Shown: one piece after another, positions 8,914 to 19,042 of the stretch
How the letters are laid out: each line of letters begins with the position of its first letter
Numbering within the stretch: the stretch's first letter is position 1
NCBI GenBank assembly: GCA_965215335.1
Contig: CBDCDA010000001.1
Span: forward strand, 288,001 to 352,000
Origin: an uncultured Candidatus Entotheonella sp.
GTDB taxonomy: Bacteria > Tectomicrobia > Entotheonellia > Entotheonellales > Entotheonellaceae
DNA: 64,000 bases
Direction: 5' to 3'
Program-made: the position numbers and the translations under genes
Notes under the pieces: generated by a model
What the model was told of the DNA's origin: nothing
What the model saw: only the letters and a program-made list of their open reading frames with translations
The model's database searches: none

Positions 8914-10107
8914 ATGTCGAAGGCGAAATTCGAGCGTAGCAAGCCGCATGTCAACGTTGGGACGATTGGTCATGTGGACCACGGCAAGACGACGCTGACA
9001 TCTGCCATGACGCAGGTTTTGGCAGCCGAAGGCAAGGCGGCCTATGTGCCCTTTGACCAGATCGACAAGGCGCCGGAGGAAAAAGCCCGTGGCATCACGA
9101 TTGCTACCGCACACGTGGAATACGAGAGCGAAAACCGCCATTACGCACACGTCGATTGTCCGGGACACGCCGACTACGTGAAAAACATGATTACGGGTGC
9201 GGCGCAGATGGACGGGGCCATCTTGGTGGTAAGCGCCGCCGATGGTGCGATGCCGCAGACGCGCGAGCATATCTTGTTGGCACGTCAGGTTGGTGTGCCC
9301 TACATCGTGGTGTTCATGAACAAGGTGGACATGGTAGACGACGAGGAATTGCTGGACTTGGTGGAGTTGGAGTTGCGGGAGTTGTTGAGCAAGTACGAAT
9401 TTCCGGGCGACGACATCCCGATCATCCGGGGCAGTGCGCTGCAGGCCTTGGAGGGCGGTGATCCGGGGGCTTCGGCGACAGGCTGCATCTTCGAGTTGAT
9501 CGGCGCGATTGATGCGTACGTGCCGACGCCGCAGCGCGCCGTGGACCGGCCGTTTCTGATGCCCGTGGAGGACGTGTTCACGATATCGGGTCGTGGGACG
9601 GTAGCGACGGGGCGTGTTGAGCGTGGCGTGGTGACGGTAGGCGACGACGTGGAGGTCGTGGGGATGAAGGAGACGCACAAGACGGTAGCGACGGGTGTGG
9701 AGATGTTTCGGAAGATATTGGACCGGGGCGAGGCAGGTGATAACATAGGGGTGTTGTTGCGCGGTGTGAAACGCGACGAGATTGAGCGTGGTCAGGTATT
9801 GGCGAAGCCGGGGTCGATTACGCCGCACACGCGCTTTCAGGCCGAGGTGTATGTCTTGTCGAAAGATGAGGGAGGTCGTCACACCCCGTTTTTCAATGGC
9901 TACCGTCCGCAGTTTTATTTTCGCACGACGGACGTGACGGGTGTGGTGACGTTGCCTTCGGGCACGGAGATGGTGATGCCTGGCGACAACGTTGGCGTGG
10001 AGGTGGAGTTGATCACGCCGATAGCCCTGGAGAAAGAGTTGCGTTTTGCGATCCGGGAAGGTGGCCGGACGGTAGGGGCCGGCGTCGTAAGTGAAATCCT
10101 GGCGTAG
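8914..10107 (+). CDS. tuf: Elongation factor Tu (copy 1, tRNA-linked)
   Basis: [29 protein letters not shown]; full-length EF-Tu. Confidence 0.99.
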   Translation: MSKAKFERSKPHVNVGTIGHVDHGKTTLTSAMTQVLAAEGKAAYVPFDQIDKAPEEKARGITIATAHVEYESENRHYAHVDCPGHADYVKNMITGAAQMDGAILVVSAADGAMPQTREHILLARQVGVPYIVVFMNKVDMVDDEELLDLVELELRELLSKYEFPGDDIPIIRGSALQALEGGDPGASATGCIFELIGAIDAYVPTPQRAVDRPFLMPVEDVFTISGRGTVATGRVERGVVTVGDDVEVVGMKETHKTVATGVEMFRKILDRGEAGDNIGVLLRGVKRDEIERGQVLAKPGSITPHTRFQAEVYVLSKDEGGRHTPFFNGYRPQFYFRTTDVTGVVTLPSGTEMVMPGDNVGVEVELITPIALEKELRFAIREGGRTVGAGVVSEILA

Positions 10108-10194
10108 TTTTTCTTTTGGTTTGGGCAGGGACCGTATTGGTGAATAATCGCCTTGCTGTTTTGGAGGTGCCTGAGGACAACGTAAGGAGTATCC

Positions 10195-10344
10195 GTGCGG
10201 GACTTGGTTACTTTAGCGTGTGTCGAATGCAGACGCCGCAACTACACAACGACGAAAAATAAGCGGCGCACCCCGCAGAGATTCGAGTTCAGAAAATACT
10301 GCCGCTTCTGTCGTCGGCATCAGCTTCACAGGGAGACGAGGTAG
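10195..10344 (+). CDS. rpmG: 50S ribosomal protein L33 (Zn-binding type)
   Basis: Manual translation [58 protein letters not shown]. Confidence 0.95.
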   Translation: MRDLVTLACVECRRRNYTTTKNKRRTPQRFEFRKYCRFCRRHQLHRETR

Positions 10345-10397
10345 CTTGTCCGAAAGCTCTGAGGGCTGGAAGCGCATGATCGGAACTCCAAAACTGT

Positions 10398-10470
10398 AGG
10401 CCAGTAGCTCGAACGGTAGAGCACCGGACTCCAAATCCGGGTGATGGGGGTTCGAATCCCTCCTGGCCTG
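10398..10470 (+). tRNA. tRNA-Trp(CCA)
   Basis: AGGCCAG/CTGGCCT stem, CCGGA-CTCCAAA-TCCGG anticodon arm; canonical position before secE. Confidence 0.95.
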
Positions 10471-10688
10471 CCTGAAATACAGCGTGGGGGCCCTGCGACA
10501 GGCAAAACGCACAGGCGGTCAGGGAAAACATCTCCGTCCTGTCACGTTCGGACTTGATGCGCGTTTCGTTTGATCGGAGTTGGGGTCCATGTGAGGGCTC
10601 TGGCCACAACTGGTCAGGCCTTTGCGAAAATTCCTGGTATCAAAGTGAACGCACTTTGGATATCCGTCGTGCTTAAAAGGTCACTGCC

Positions 10689-10910
10689 GTGTTCGAGGCT
10701 TACATCCAGCGGCATGTTCGAGATGCCTACGGCAAAAGCATCCAATTTTATCAGGACGTACGCTCTGAACTGAGAAAAGTCACGTTCCCCAATCGAAAAG
10801 AGACGATTGCGTCCACGGCAGTTGTCATCACCGTTGTTTTCATCATTGCCATATACCTCGGCATGGTAGATTTCGTCCTTTCACTGGTTCTAGGTAATCT
10901 TCTCAACTAA
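10689..10910 (+). CDS. secE: Preprotein translocase subunit SecE
   Basis: VRSELRKVTFPNRKET followed by one TM helix and GMVD; synteny. Confidence 0.9.
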   Translation: MFEAYIQRHVRDAYGKSIQFYQDVRSELRKVTFPNRKETIASTAVVITVVFIIAIYLGMVDFVLSLVLGNLLN

Positions 10911-11023
10911 AGTGCGTTCACTTTGAAACCGAGAATTTCAGAGAGACCTTGTCCAGTTGCAGCAAGGCAGCTTCACAGGGGTCTCAATTCGGAAGGATTC
11001 CTAATCTCAAACGGAACGCGCTA
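10908..11023. mobile_element. MITE-like element with imperfect ~26 bp terminal inverted repeats (copy 1)
   Basis: Left end AGTGCGTTCACTTTGAAACCGAGAAT versus reverse-complemented right end AGCGCGTTCCGTTTGAGATTAGGAAT; TA at both flanks; first ~60 bp recur at 53.0 kb. Confidence 0.65.
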
Positions 11024-11045
11024 GTCCGATCTAGGACACGTCACT

Positions 11046-11577
11046 ATGAGCAAACACTGGTACGTCATCCACACCTATTCCGGCCATGAGAATAAAGTCA
11101 AGGCCAGTCTTGAAGAACGGCTGAATTCGAAAGGATTGCTTGAACGAGTTGGTCAGATTCTGGTACCCAGCGGAGGACGTTGTTGAAATTAGAGGTGGAA
11201 AGCGCAAAATATCATCACGGAAATTCTTTCCCGGATACGTGCTGATCGAGGCGGAAATCGATGATGAAGTCTGGTATGCAATCAAAGATACCCCAAAAGT
11301 CACCGGATTTCTGGGAGGTGGAAAAGACCCAACGCCTTTGTCAGAGGAAGAAATTTCTTACATTTGGAATCAAATCAGTGGGGAAACTTCAGAACCGAAG
11401 CCCAAAGTGATTTTTGGGCCGGGAGAGAATGTGCGTGTAACCGATGGGCCATTCACGAACTTTACGGGTGTTATCGGAGAGGTACATCCCGAGCGTGGAA
11501 AGCTCAAAGTGATGGTCAGTATATTCGGACGTTCCACGCCGGTTGAGTTGGAATTCTTACAGGTGGAATCGATCTGA
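11046..11577 (+). CDS. nusG: Transcription termination/antitermination factor NusG (one apparent frameshift at ~11166-11168)
   Basis: [19 protein letters not shown]...GQILVP from ATG 11046 continues in another frame as [25 protein letters not shown] through the KOW domain. Confidence 0.9.
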
Positions 11578-11609
11578 GATGCAACCCCGGGCAGTATAGG
11601 GAATGACAG

Positions 11610-12035
11610 GTGGCGAAACAGGTTGTAACAAAAATAAAATTGCAGGTGCCTGCCGGACAGGCTAATCCTTCCCCCCCCGTGGGGCCCGCATTGGGTCAAC
11701 ATGGCGTGAACATCATGGAGTTTTGCAAGGCCTTCAATGCTCAAACTCAGGCCCAAGCCGGGGTGATCACCCCGGTGGTCGTCACTGTGTACGCCGATCG
11801 TTCGTTTTCATACATCACAAAGTCTCCTCCCGCTGCTGAATTGATAAAGCAGGCGGCGGGGCTTGCCAAGGGGGCTTCGACTCCGAATCGGGAAAAAGTC
11901 GGACAAGTGACGACAACGCAGTTGCGGCAAATCGCTGCAACCAAGCAAGCTGACCTTAATGCGAACACCGTTGAGGCCGCAATACGGATTATTGCTGGAA
12001 CGGCCCGCAGCATGGGCGTTGAAGTCGTTGATTGA
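11610..12035 (+). CDS. rplK: 50S ribosomal protein L11
   Basis: [23 protein letters not shown]. Confidence 0.98.
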   Translation: MAKQVVTKIKLQVPAGQANPSPPVGPALGQHGVNIMEFCKAFNAQTQAQAGVITPVVVTVYADRSFSYITKSPPAAELIKQAAGLAKGASTPNREKVGQVTTTQLRQIAATKQADLNANTVEAAIRIIAGTARSMGVEVVD

Positions 12036-12057
12036 GACCTGACGAGGAGGTGGCCGC

Positions 12058-12762
12058 ATGGTACAACGGGGCAGGAATCTTGATGAGGCACGGAAGAAAC
12101 TTGACAAGACAAATAGATATGAATTGCGGGAAGCATTAAGTCTGGTACGGGAGATGGCTTTCGCCAAGTTTGATGAAACTATCGAGCTGGCGGTACGACT
12201 TGGTGTAAACCCCCGTCATGCTGATCAGGTGGTACGGGGCGGCGTTGTGCTGCCGCACGGCGTTGGCAAGGTCCCACGCGTTGTGGTATTCGCCAAAGGT
12301 GACAAAGAGAGAGAGGCCATGGAGGCAGGAGGCGACTTTGTCGGCGGCGAGGATCTGGCCCGGAAAATAGCCGATGGGTGGTTGGATTTTGATCGGACGG
12401 CAGCAACCCCCGACATGATGGCCATCGTTGGCAGATTAGGCAGAATTTTGGGGCCTCGCGGGTTGATGCCTAACCCCAAGACAGGCACGGTTGACCTCGA
12501 CATCGGCCGCGTGGTTCGAGAGATCAAATCTGGCAAAGTGGAATTTCGTGTTGATCGTGCCGGTATCATTCACGTGGGCATTGGGAAGGTTAGTTTTTCT
12601 CTTGAATCCTTGGAGGAAAACGCCCGCACACTTCTGGACACGCTGGTGCGCCTGAAGCCGAACACCAGCAAGGGCAAATATATGCGTGCCATTTCTCTGT
12701 CATCGACGATGGGCCCGGGCGTCAAGGTGGATGAGGTCGTCATGGCCAATGCTTTACGGTAA
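12058..12762 (+). CDS. rplA: 50S ribosomal protein L1
   Basis: [23 protein letters not shown]. Confidence 0.98.
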   Translation: MVQRGRNLDEARKKLDKTNRYELREALSLVREMAFAKFDETIELAVRLGVNPRHADQVVRGGVVLPHGVGKVPRVVVFAKGDKEREAMEAGGDFVGGEDLARKIADGWLDFDRTAATPDMMAIVGRLGRILGPRGLMPNPKTGTVDLDIGRVVREIKSGKVEFRVDRAGIIHVGIGKVSFSLESLEENARTLLDTLVRLKPNTSKGKYMRAISLSSTMGPGVKVDEVVMANALR

Positions 12763-12813
12763 TTGCGTGCAGTAGGCAGGCGAACTGGCAAAGTGACGTG
12801 GAGAGAGTCGGAC

Positions 12814-13353
12814 GTGGCTGAGAAAACGATAAGCGAAACAAAGATAGGGAAAGTGAAATTCCTGGAGGCCAAATTCGCTGGTGCCAAGGCGGCGGTCTTA
12901 TCCGACTACTGCGGATTGAACGTCCAGGAGATATCAGATCTCCGCGGCATGCTGCGAAAGGCCGACGTCGAACTGCACGTTGTGAAGAATACCCTGGCAC
13001 GGCGCGCAGTTGAATCAACACATCTCAAGCCACTAGCCGAGTATGTCAAAGGTCCGACCGCTATCGCTTTAACGATTGACGATGCTGTGGGCATGGCCAA
13101 GGTCCTAGCCGATTACGCCAGGAAAGAACCCAAACTGGACATTCGGGCAGGGATCGTGGAAGGGCGCGTGCTGACGGCGGAACAGATCGCCCAGGTGGCG
13201 GAGTTGCCATCGCGGGAAGTGCTATTGGCTCAAATGCTTGGTGCCATGCAGAATCCGCTTTCCGGTTTGGTTGGGGTTCTGCACGGGGTGCTGCGTCAGT
13301 TGCTTTATGCCCTCGTTGCGATCAAGGAGGCGAAAGGGCAGCCTAGCGATTGA
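12814..13353 (+). CDS. rplJ: 50S ribosomal protein L10
   Basis: [29 protein letters not shown] start. Confidence 0.95.
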   Translation: MAEKTISETKIGKVKFLEAKFAGAKAAVLSDYCGLNVQEISDLRGMLRKADVELHVVKNTLARRAVESTHLKPLAEYVKGPTAIALTIDDAVGMAKVLADYARKEPKLDIRAGIVEGRVLTAEQIAQVAELPSREVLLAQMLGAMQNPLSGLVGVLHGVLRQLLYALVAIKEAKGQPSD

Positions 13354-13400
13354 GGCGGCTTTGTGTGTATAGTGTCCGGAACGCAATTACGGAGGCGAAG

Positions 13401-13781
13401 ATGGCTGTCACGAAAGAGGAAGTGCTTGATTATATAGACAACATGACCGTTCTTGAGCTGTCGGAATTGGTGAAGGAGCTGGAGGAGAGGTTCGGGGTGT
13501 CAGCGGCGGCTCCAATGGTTGCCATGCCTGTGGCGGGTGGTCCGGCTGCCGAAGAGGTTCCGGCCGAGAAGACCGAATTCGATGTCGTCCTGGTCGGCGC
13601 CGGGGACAAGAAAATCCAAGTCATCAAAGAAGTTCGCTCAATCACCGGCCTTGGCTTGAAGGAGGCCAAGGCTTTGGTGGATGAAGCCCCCAAGCCCGTC
13701 AAAGAAGGGATTACGAAAGAAGAAGCCGAAACGGTCAAATCACAGTTGGAAGAAGTGGGCGCGCAGGTCGAGGTGAAGTGA
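13401..13781 (+). CDS. rplL: 50S ribosomal protein L7/L12
   Basis: [37 protein letters not shown]. Confidence 0.98.
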   Translation: MAVTKEEVLDYIDNMTVLELSELVKELEERFGVSAAAPMVAMPVAGGPAAEEVPAEKTEFDVVLVGAGDKKIQVIKEVRSITGLGLKEAKALVDEAPKPVKEGITKEEAETVKSQLEEVGAQVEVK

Positions 13782-13853
13782 GATTTCGCAGGCTGAAGTC
13801 CGAGATCGAAAGGTTCTACGGAGTTGTTTCATTTTCGCCTGTGAGGGGAGACT

Positions 13854-16800
13854 GTGACCATGCGGGATAAATCAGAGGCTAACGGACATGGCTGTCGGGA
13901 ACGGCAGGATTTCGCACGTATTCCCACGATTATCGACCTCCCCAATCTCATTGAGGTGCAGCAGAAGTCCTACTCGCGCTTCCTGCAGCAGGAGCGCCCT
14001 CCCATGGACCGCGAAGACCGTGGCTTGGAGGCGGTCTTCAGGAGCGTATTTCCGATTGAGGACTTCAACGGCATTTCCACGTTGGAATACGTGGGTTATG
14101 AAGTTGGGATGTGGGAGTCTGCGGAGGGCGAATACAAAGGACTTGGCGGCAGTGGCGTGGTGAGTCAAAGCACCAACCAGCCTCTTTCCTATCATTCTAA
14201 ACATGACCTTGGTGAGTGTCGGCAGAAGGGCATCACCTATGCCGATCCTTTGCGCGTCTTGGTGCGTTTGGTGGTGCGTGAAAAAGGCAGCGGTGGCGAA
14301 TCCGCGGTCATTCGCGAGGTGAAGGAACAAAAAGTATATCTCGGCGAAGTCCCCCTGATGACGGAACATGGCACGTTCGTCATTAATGGCACGGAGCGTG
14401 TCATTGTGAGCCAGCTACATCGTTCGCCCGGGGTGTTTTTCGCCCAGGAAAAGGGACGCAGTACGGTTAGTGGGAAACCGCTATACGTGGCGCGTGTCAT
14501 TCCCTACCGCGGTTCCTGGCTCGACTTCGAGTTTGATGTCAAGGATCACTTGTACGTTCGTATCGATCGTCGCCGGAAACTCCCTGTCACGATTCTTCTG
14601 CGGGCCCTGGGTCTGTCGTCACGAGAAATTCTCCAGACTTTCTATCAACATGAATCCGTGCGGCACGACCCTGAGCACGACGTGTTCTACAAAGAGGTGT
14701 CGGAACTGTCGCTGCAACAACAGAGTCCGGAAGACGTGTCGGACCCGAAGTCCGGTGAAGTAATCATTCGTGCCGGGCGGCGCATTTCACGCAGCGCCTT
14801 GCGTCGGCTGCAAAATAGCGAGGTCAAGGAAATTCCGACCACTGAAGAGTGGCTCGTGAATCGGGTTGTGGCAGAAGACATCATCGATCCGGTCACGGGC
14901 GAAATTTTGTATGAATTGAATCACGAATTGTCGTCTGATGACTTGGCCCAATTGAAGGCCAAGGGCGTCACCGACTTCCGTCTGCTTTTTCTGGATCCAT
15001 TGTCCGCAGATGTCTCGCTTCGTCTCACACTCATGGCAGACCGTCTCGAGACGAAAGAGGAAGCCTTGCTGGAGATTTATAAACGCCTGCGACCTGGTGA
15101 CATCCCAACGAAGGACACGGCGCGCCTATTTTTCGACAACCTCTTCTTTAATGCCAAGCGCTATGATCTCTCGAGAATAGGCCGTTTGAAGCTCAATACC
15201 AAGCTCGGCCTTGATCTGTCGCTTGAGACGCGCATGTTGACGCAGCAGGATGTAATCGAGGTGGTTCGATACCTCCTGGCACTGCGTCAAGGCAGCGGGA
15301 TGGTTGACGACATCGATCACTTGGGTAATCGCCGTGTGCGTTCCGTTGGCGAGTTACTCGAAAACCAATTGCGGATAGGCTTGGTGCGGATGGAACGCGC
15401 CGTTCGGGAACGGATGAGCATCCAGGATCTTGAGACCGCGATGCCGCATGACCTGATTAACTCGAAGCCGGTGACGGCGGCAGTGAAGGAGTTTTTTGGC
15501 AGCAGTCAACTGTCTCAGTTCATGGATCAGACCAACCCGCTATCGGAAATTACCCACAAACGGCGCCTGTCCGCTCTAGGTCCGGGCGGCCTAACGAGAG
15601 ACCGGGCAGGTTTTGAAGTTCGCGATGTCCATCCGACACATTACGGACGCATCTGTCCCATTGAAACTCCCGAGGGGCCCAATATCGGGCTGATCGCCTC
15701 TCTCAGCACGTATGCGCGGGTAAATCGTTTCGGTTTTATTGAAACGCCGTATCGTAAGGTGGAGCAAGGTCGTGTTACGGATGAAATCAAATTTTTATCG
15801 GCCATTGAGGAGGATCAGTACGTCATCGCTCAGGCAAATGCCGAGGTAACGGAAAAGGGAGAATTTGTTCAAGATGTCATATCGGCGCGAAGCGGGGGCG
15901 AGTTCGTTCTGACTCCGCCAAGCGATATCGATTTTATGGACGTGTCGCCGAAACAGCTTGTCAGTGTCGCCACTTCCTTGATCCCATTTCTGGAAAACGA
16001 CGATGCGAATCGAGCCTTGATGGGCTCCAACATGCAGCGTCAGGCTGTACCCCTTTTACAAACCGAGTCCCCGATTGTTGGGACTGGAATGGAAACAATT
16101 GCCGCACGTGATTCAGGTGCTGTCGTTCTGGCGAAGTCGGCGGGCGAGGTGGTAAACGTTGATGCCACGCGTATCGTCGTACGGGTGAATGAGGATAATG
16201 AAGGAGGAAATACCCGGGTCGATATCTACTCCTTGGTCAAATACCAGCGTTCCAATCAAAGCACCTGCATCAACCAACGTCCCATCGTGCATCTGGGGCA
16301 ACGTGTCAGTATGGGCGAGGTGCTTGCCGATGGTCCGTCGACCGAGTTTGGTGAATTGGCGCTTGGCCGCAATGTGCTAGTCGCCTTCATGCCTTGGGGC
16401 GGATACAACTTCGAAGATGCGATTGTCATCAGCGAACGCGTTGTGAAGGAAGACGTTTTTACTTCGATACATATTGAAGAGTTTGAGGTCGAGTCGTGTG
16501 ACACGAAACAGGGCAAAGAGGAGATCACCCGGGACATTCCCAACATAGGTGAGGATGCGCTGGCAAATCTCGATGAGAGTGGCATTGTTCGGATTGGCGC
16601 AACCGTTGCCCCCGGAGACATACTGGTTGGAAAGATTACCCCCAAGGGCGAGACACAATTGAGTCCTGAAGAGAAACTTCTCAAGGCCATTTTCGGCGAG
16701 AAGGCCGGAGATGTGCGGGATACGTCGTTGAACGTGCCCCCAGGCGTGGAGGGCACCATCGTTGGAGTACGGGTATTTTCGCGCCGTGGGGCCGACAAAG

Positions 16801-17948
16801 ACGAACGCATGCAATCTATCGAGGACGAAGATGCGGCACGCATCGAAAGGGATGTAGATGACGAAATCAAAAACGTCGAGGCAGAACGGGACAAGAAAAT
16901 TCGCCGTCTCCTTGTAGGCAAGACGGCAATCAAGAGGGATGCTTCCAATGGCGAGGGAAGCCGGCGGGCCTCGAGGGGTTCGAAAATCACGGAGAAGGCG
17001 CTAGCCAAATTGTCTGGCAAAACGCTTCTGGACGTCCGCGTTGAGGAGTCGGACCTTGTTCATGAGCACATGCCCGAGATAGCTGAAGCGGCAGAGCGTC
17101 AGATAGAGGCTCTGAAAAAGGCAGCAGAAGAAAAAATCGCCAAACTCCGTCGGGGTGACGAATTGCCGCCTGGCGTCATCAAGATGGTGAAGGTCTATGT
17201 CGCCATGAAGCGCAAATTGAGCGTCGGGGACAAGATGGCCGGTCGGCACGGAAATAAGGGTGTAGTTTCAATCATCGTGCCCGAAGAAGACATGCCTTAC
17301 ATGGCCGACGGTACCCCGATTGATCTCATTCTGAATCCCCTCGGCGTGCCGTCACGCATGAATGTGGGACAAATTCTTGAAACCCATTTGGGATGGGCCG
17401 CACAAAAACTGGGGCTGGCGGTGGCAACACCGGTATTCGATGGGGCAACGGAAAAAGACATCAAGGAGGCGCTGGCACAGGCGGATTTACCGGAAAACGG
17501 CCGTGTAGAATTGTTTGACGGAAAATCCGGCGTTCCATTCGACCAGAAAGTTGTCGTTGGCCAGATTTACATGATGAAGCTCCATCACCTCGTCGACGAT
17601 AAAATTCATGCCCGCTCGACCGGACCTTACTCCCTGGTGACACAACAGCCGTTGGGGGGCAAGGCGCAATTCGGCGGTCAGCGTTTGGGCGAGATGGAAG
17701 TATGGGCGCTGGAAGCTTATGGTGCTGCGCGCACCTTGCAGGAGATGCTTACCGTCAAATCGGATGACGTTGCCGGACGCACCCGGATGTATGAAGCCAT
17801 CGTTAAAGGTGAAAATACCCTGGAAGCCAGTTTGCCCGAATCGTTCAATGTCCTTGTGAAGGAATTGCAGAGCTTGGCACTTGATGTCGAGTTGCTCGAG
17901 GCAAACGATGTGCCACAGGATGACCAGTGGGAAGAGATGTCCGAGTAA
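13854..17948 (+). CDS. rpoB: RNA polymerase beta subunit
   Basis: 1364 aa with [51 protein letters not shown]. Confidence 0.99.
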   Translation: MTMRDKSEANGHGCRERQDFARIPTIIDLPNLIEVQQKSYSRFLQQERPPMDREDRGLEAVFRSVFPIEDFNGISTLEYVGYEVGMWESAEGEYKGLGGSGVVSQSTNQPLSYHSKHDLGECRQKGITYADPLRVLVRLVVREKGSGGESAVIREVKEQKVYLGEVPLMTEHGTFVINGTERVIVSQLHRSPGVFFAQEKGRSTVSGKPLYVARVIPYRGSWLDFEFDVKDHLYVRIDRRRKLPVTILLRALGLSSREILQTFYQHESVRHDPEHDVFYKEVSELSLQQQSPEDVSDPKSGEVIIRAGRRISRSALRRLQNSEVKEIPTTEEWLVNRVVAEDIIDPVTGEILYELNHELSSDDLAQLKAKGVTDFRLLFLDPLSADVSLRLTLMADRLETKEEALLEIYKRLRPGDIPTKDTARLFFDNLFFNAKRYDLSRIGRLKLNTKLGLDLSLETRMLTQQDVIEVVRYLLALRQGSGMVDDIDHLGNRRVRSVGELLENQLRIGLVRMERAVRERMSIQDLETAMPHDLINSKPVTAAVKEFFGSSQLSQFMDQTNPLSEITHKRRLSALGPGGLTRDRAGFEVRDVHPTHYGRICPIETPEGPNIGLIASLSTYARVNRFGFIETPYRKVEQGRVTDEIKFLSAIEEDQYVIAQANAEVTEKGEFVQDVISARSGGEFVLTPPSDIDFMDVSPKQLVSVATSLIPFLENDDANRALMGSNMQRQAVPLLQTESPIVGTGMETIAARDSGAVVLAKSAGEVVNVDATRIVVRVNEDNEGGNTRVDIYSLVKYQRSNQSTCINQRPIVHLGQRVSMGEVLADGPSTEFGELALGRNVLVAFMPWGGYNFEDAIVISERVVKEDVFTSIHIEEFEVESCDTKQGKEEITRDIPNIGEDALANLDESGIVRIGATVAPGDILVGKITPKGETQLSPEEKLLKAIFGEKAGDVRDTSLNVPPGVEGTIVGVRVFSRRGADKDERMQSIEDEDAARIERDVDDEIKNVEAERDKKIRRLLVGKTAIKRDASNGEGSRRASRGSKITEKALAKLSGKTLLDVRVEESDLVHEHMPEIAEAAERQIEALKKAAEEKIAKLRRGDELPPGVIKMVKVYVAMKRKLSVGDKMAGRHGNKGVVSIIVPEEDMPYMADGTPIDLILNPLGVPSRMNVGQILETHLGWAAQKLGLAVATPVFDGATEKDIKEALAQADLPENGRVELFDGKSGVPFDQKVVVGQIYMMKLHHLVDDKIHARSTGPYSLVTQQPLGGKAQFGGQRLGEMEVWALEAYGAARTLQEMLTVKSDDVAGRTRMYEAIVKGENTLEASLPESFNVLVKELQSLALDVELLEANDVPQDDQWEEMSE

Positions 17949-17979
17949 ATTGTCCGCCATCATGTGCCAGTCTGCCCTA

Positions 17980-18965
17980 GGTTATGGTCCCGGGGTCAGA
18001 TGATTTGGATCGGCTCTGAATCCTTGCGGCTCCAATGTCCAGACCTTGCAGATGCATTCGTAGGGTGTAAGGCCCCGGAGGGTCTTGAGACGCCGCGCGA
18101 AGTTGCAGGCCGACAGAAGATCATCCAGGTGGCGGCGTAGTCGGGCATGACTCTCGTCGTGGAAACGCTTGACGGTGGCCTCCTTGACTGTGCGGTTCAG
18201 GCGCCCGGCCTGAGCGTTGGTCCACGGATGGCTGGGCTGTGTCAGACGGTGCTCGATCCCATGTCGCCGACACGCCCGCTCGAACAGGTGACCGCGCAAG
18301 CGCGCCGTGGCGCCGCTTCGGTTCCGGGCAAGATCGGCGAACTGGGTACCGTTGTCGGTCAGCACCGTATGAATCTTGCAGGGGGCGGCTGTAACCAGGT
18401 CGTCCAGGAATACCGTCGTCACTTTGCTGCTGGCACGCCCCACCAGCCTGGCAAAGGCGAACGTCGAGGTTTGGTCGATGGCGATAAACAGACAGAGTTT
18501 ACCCTCGGCGGTGCGCGGGTCGGCGATGTCGATATGGAAATAGCCGATATGGAAATAGCCGATGGGGATAGCGCCTGAAGCGCTGCTTCGCAGATTTTTC
18601 GCCCCCTTCTTGCTGCGGCAGACGGCTGATGTCATGGCGCTGCAGGCAGTGATGCAGCGGCGAACGGGTCAGGTGCGGGAGGGTCGTCTTCAGGGCGTAG
18701 AGGCAGTCGCCGAGCGGCGTCAGGGTGTGGTGCCGGAAGGCCACACGATGAGTGCTTTCTCAGCCTCGCTTAGAAGCGTCGAGCGCGGCTGTTTGGTCCT
18801 GTCTTGCGATCTTCGACGAGCGAAGCTCTTGATCGCTGTATTGTGCTGCTCTGACGGCATACGTGGCGGCGCTTCTGGTGAAGTACCTGTCCCATAGGGC
18901 CTCTCCCATAGGGCCTCCTTCCACTGAGGGGAGCGGATCATACCGCCGATCCGCGGGACTAGACA
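17980..18965 (-). mobile_element. Degenerate IS481-family insertion sequence
   Basis: Left end TGTCTAGTCCCGCGG (minus strand from 18965) and decayed right end GTTATGGTCCCGGGG; contains transposase remnants. Confidence 0.85.
17982..18895 (-). pseudogene. IS481-family transposase, frameshifted
   Basis: Begins MGQVLH. Pieces AFRHHTLTPLGDCLYAL and GYFHIDIA...VLTDNGTQF...HPWTNAQAGRLNRT lie in different frames. The expected catalytic Glu (QVERMNRT) is replaced by Gly. Confidence 0.85.
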
Positions 18966-19042
18966 TCTGATTTGTTGAGACGTTACGCCATTCAGTCGCC
19001 ATGCTTCACGCAAACCCCGACCCCTGCTGAAGGAGGCCGCCT

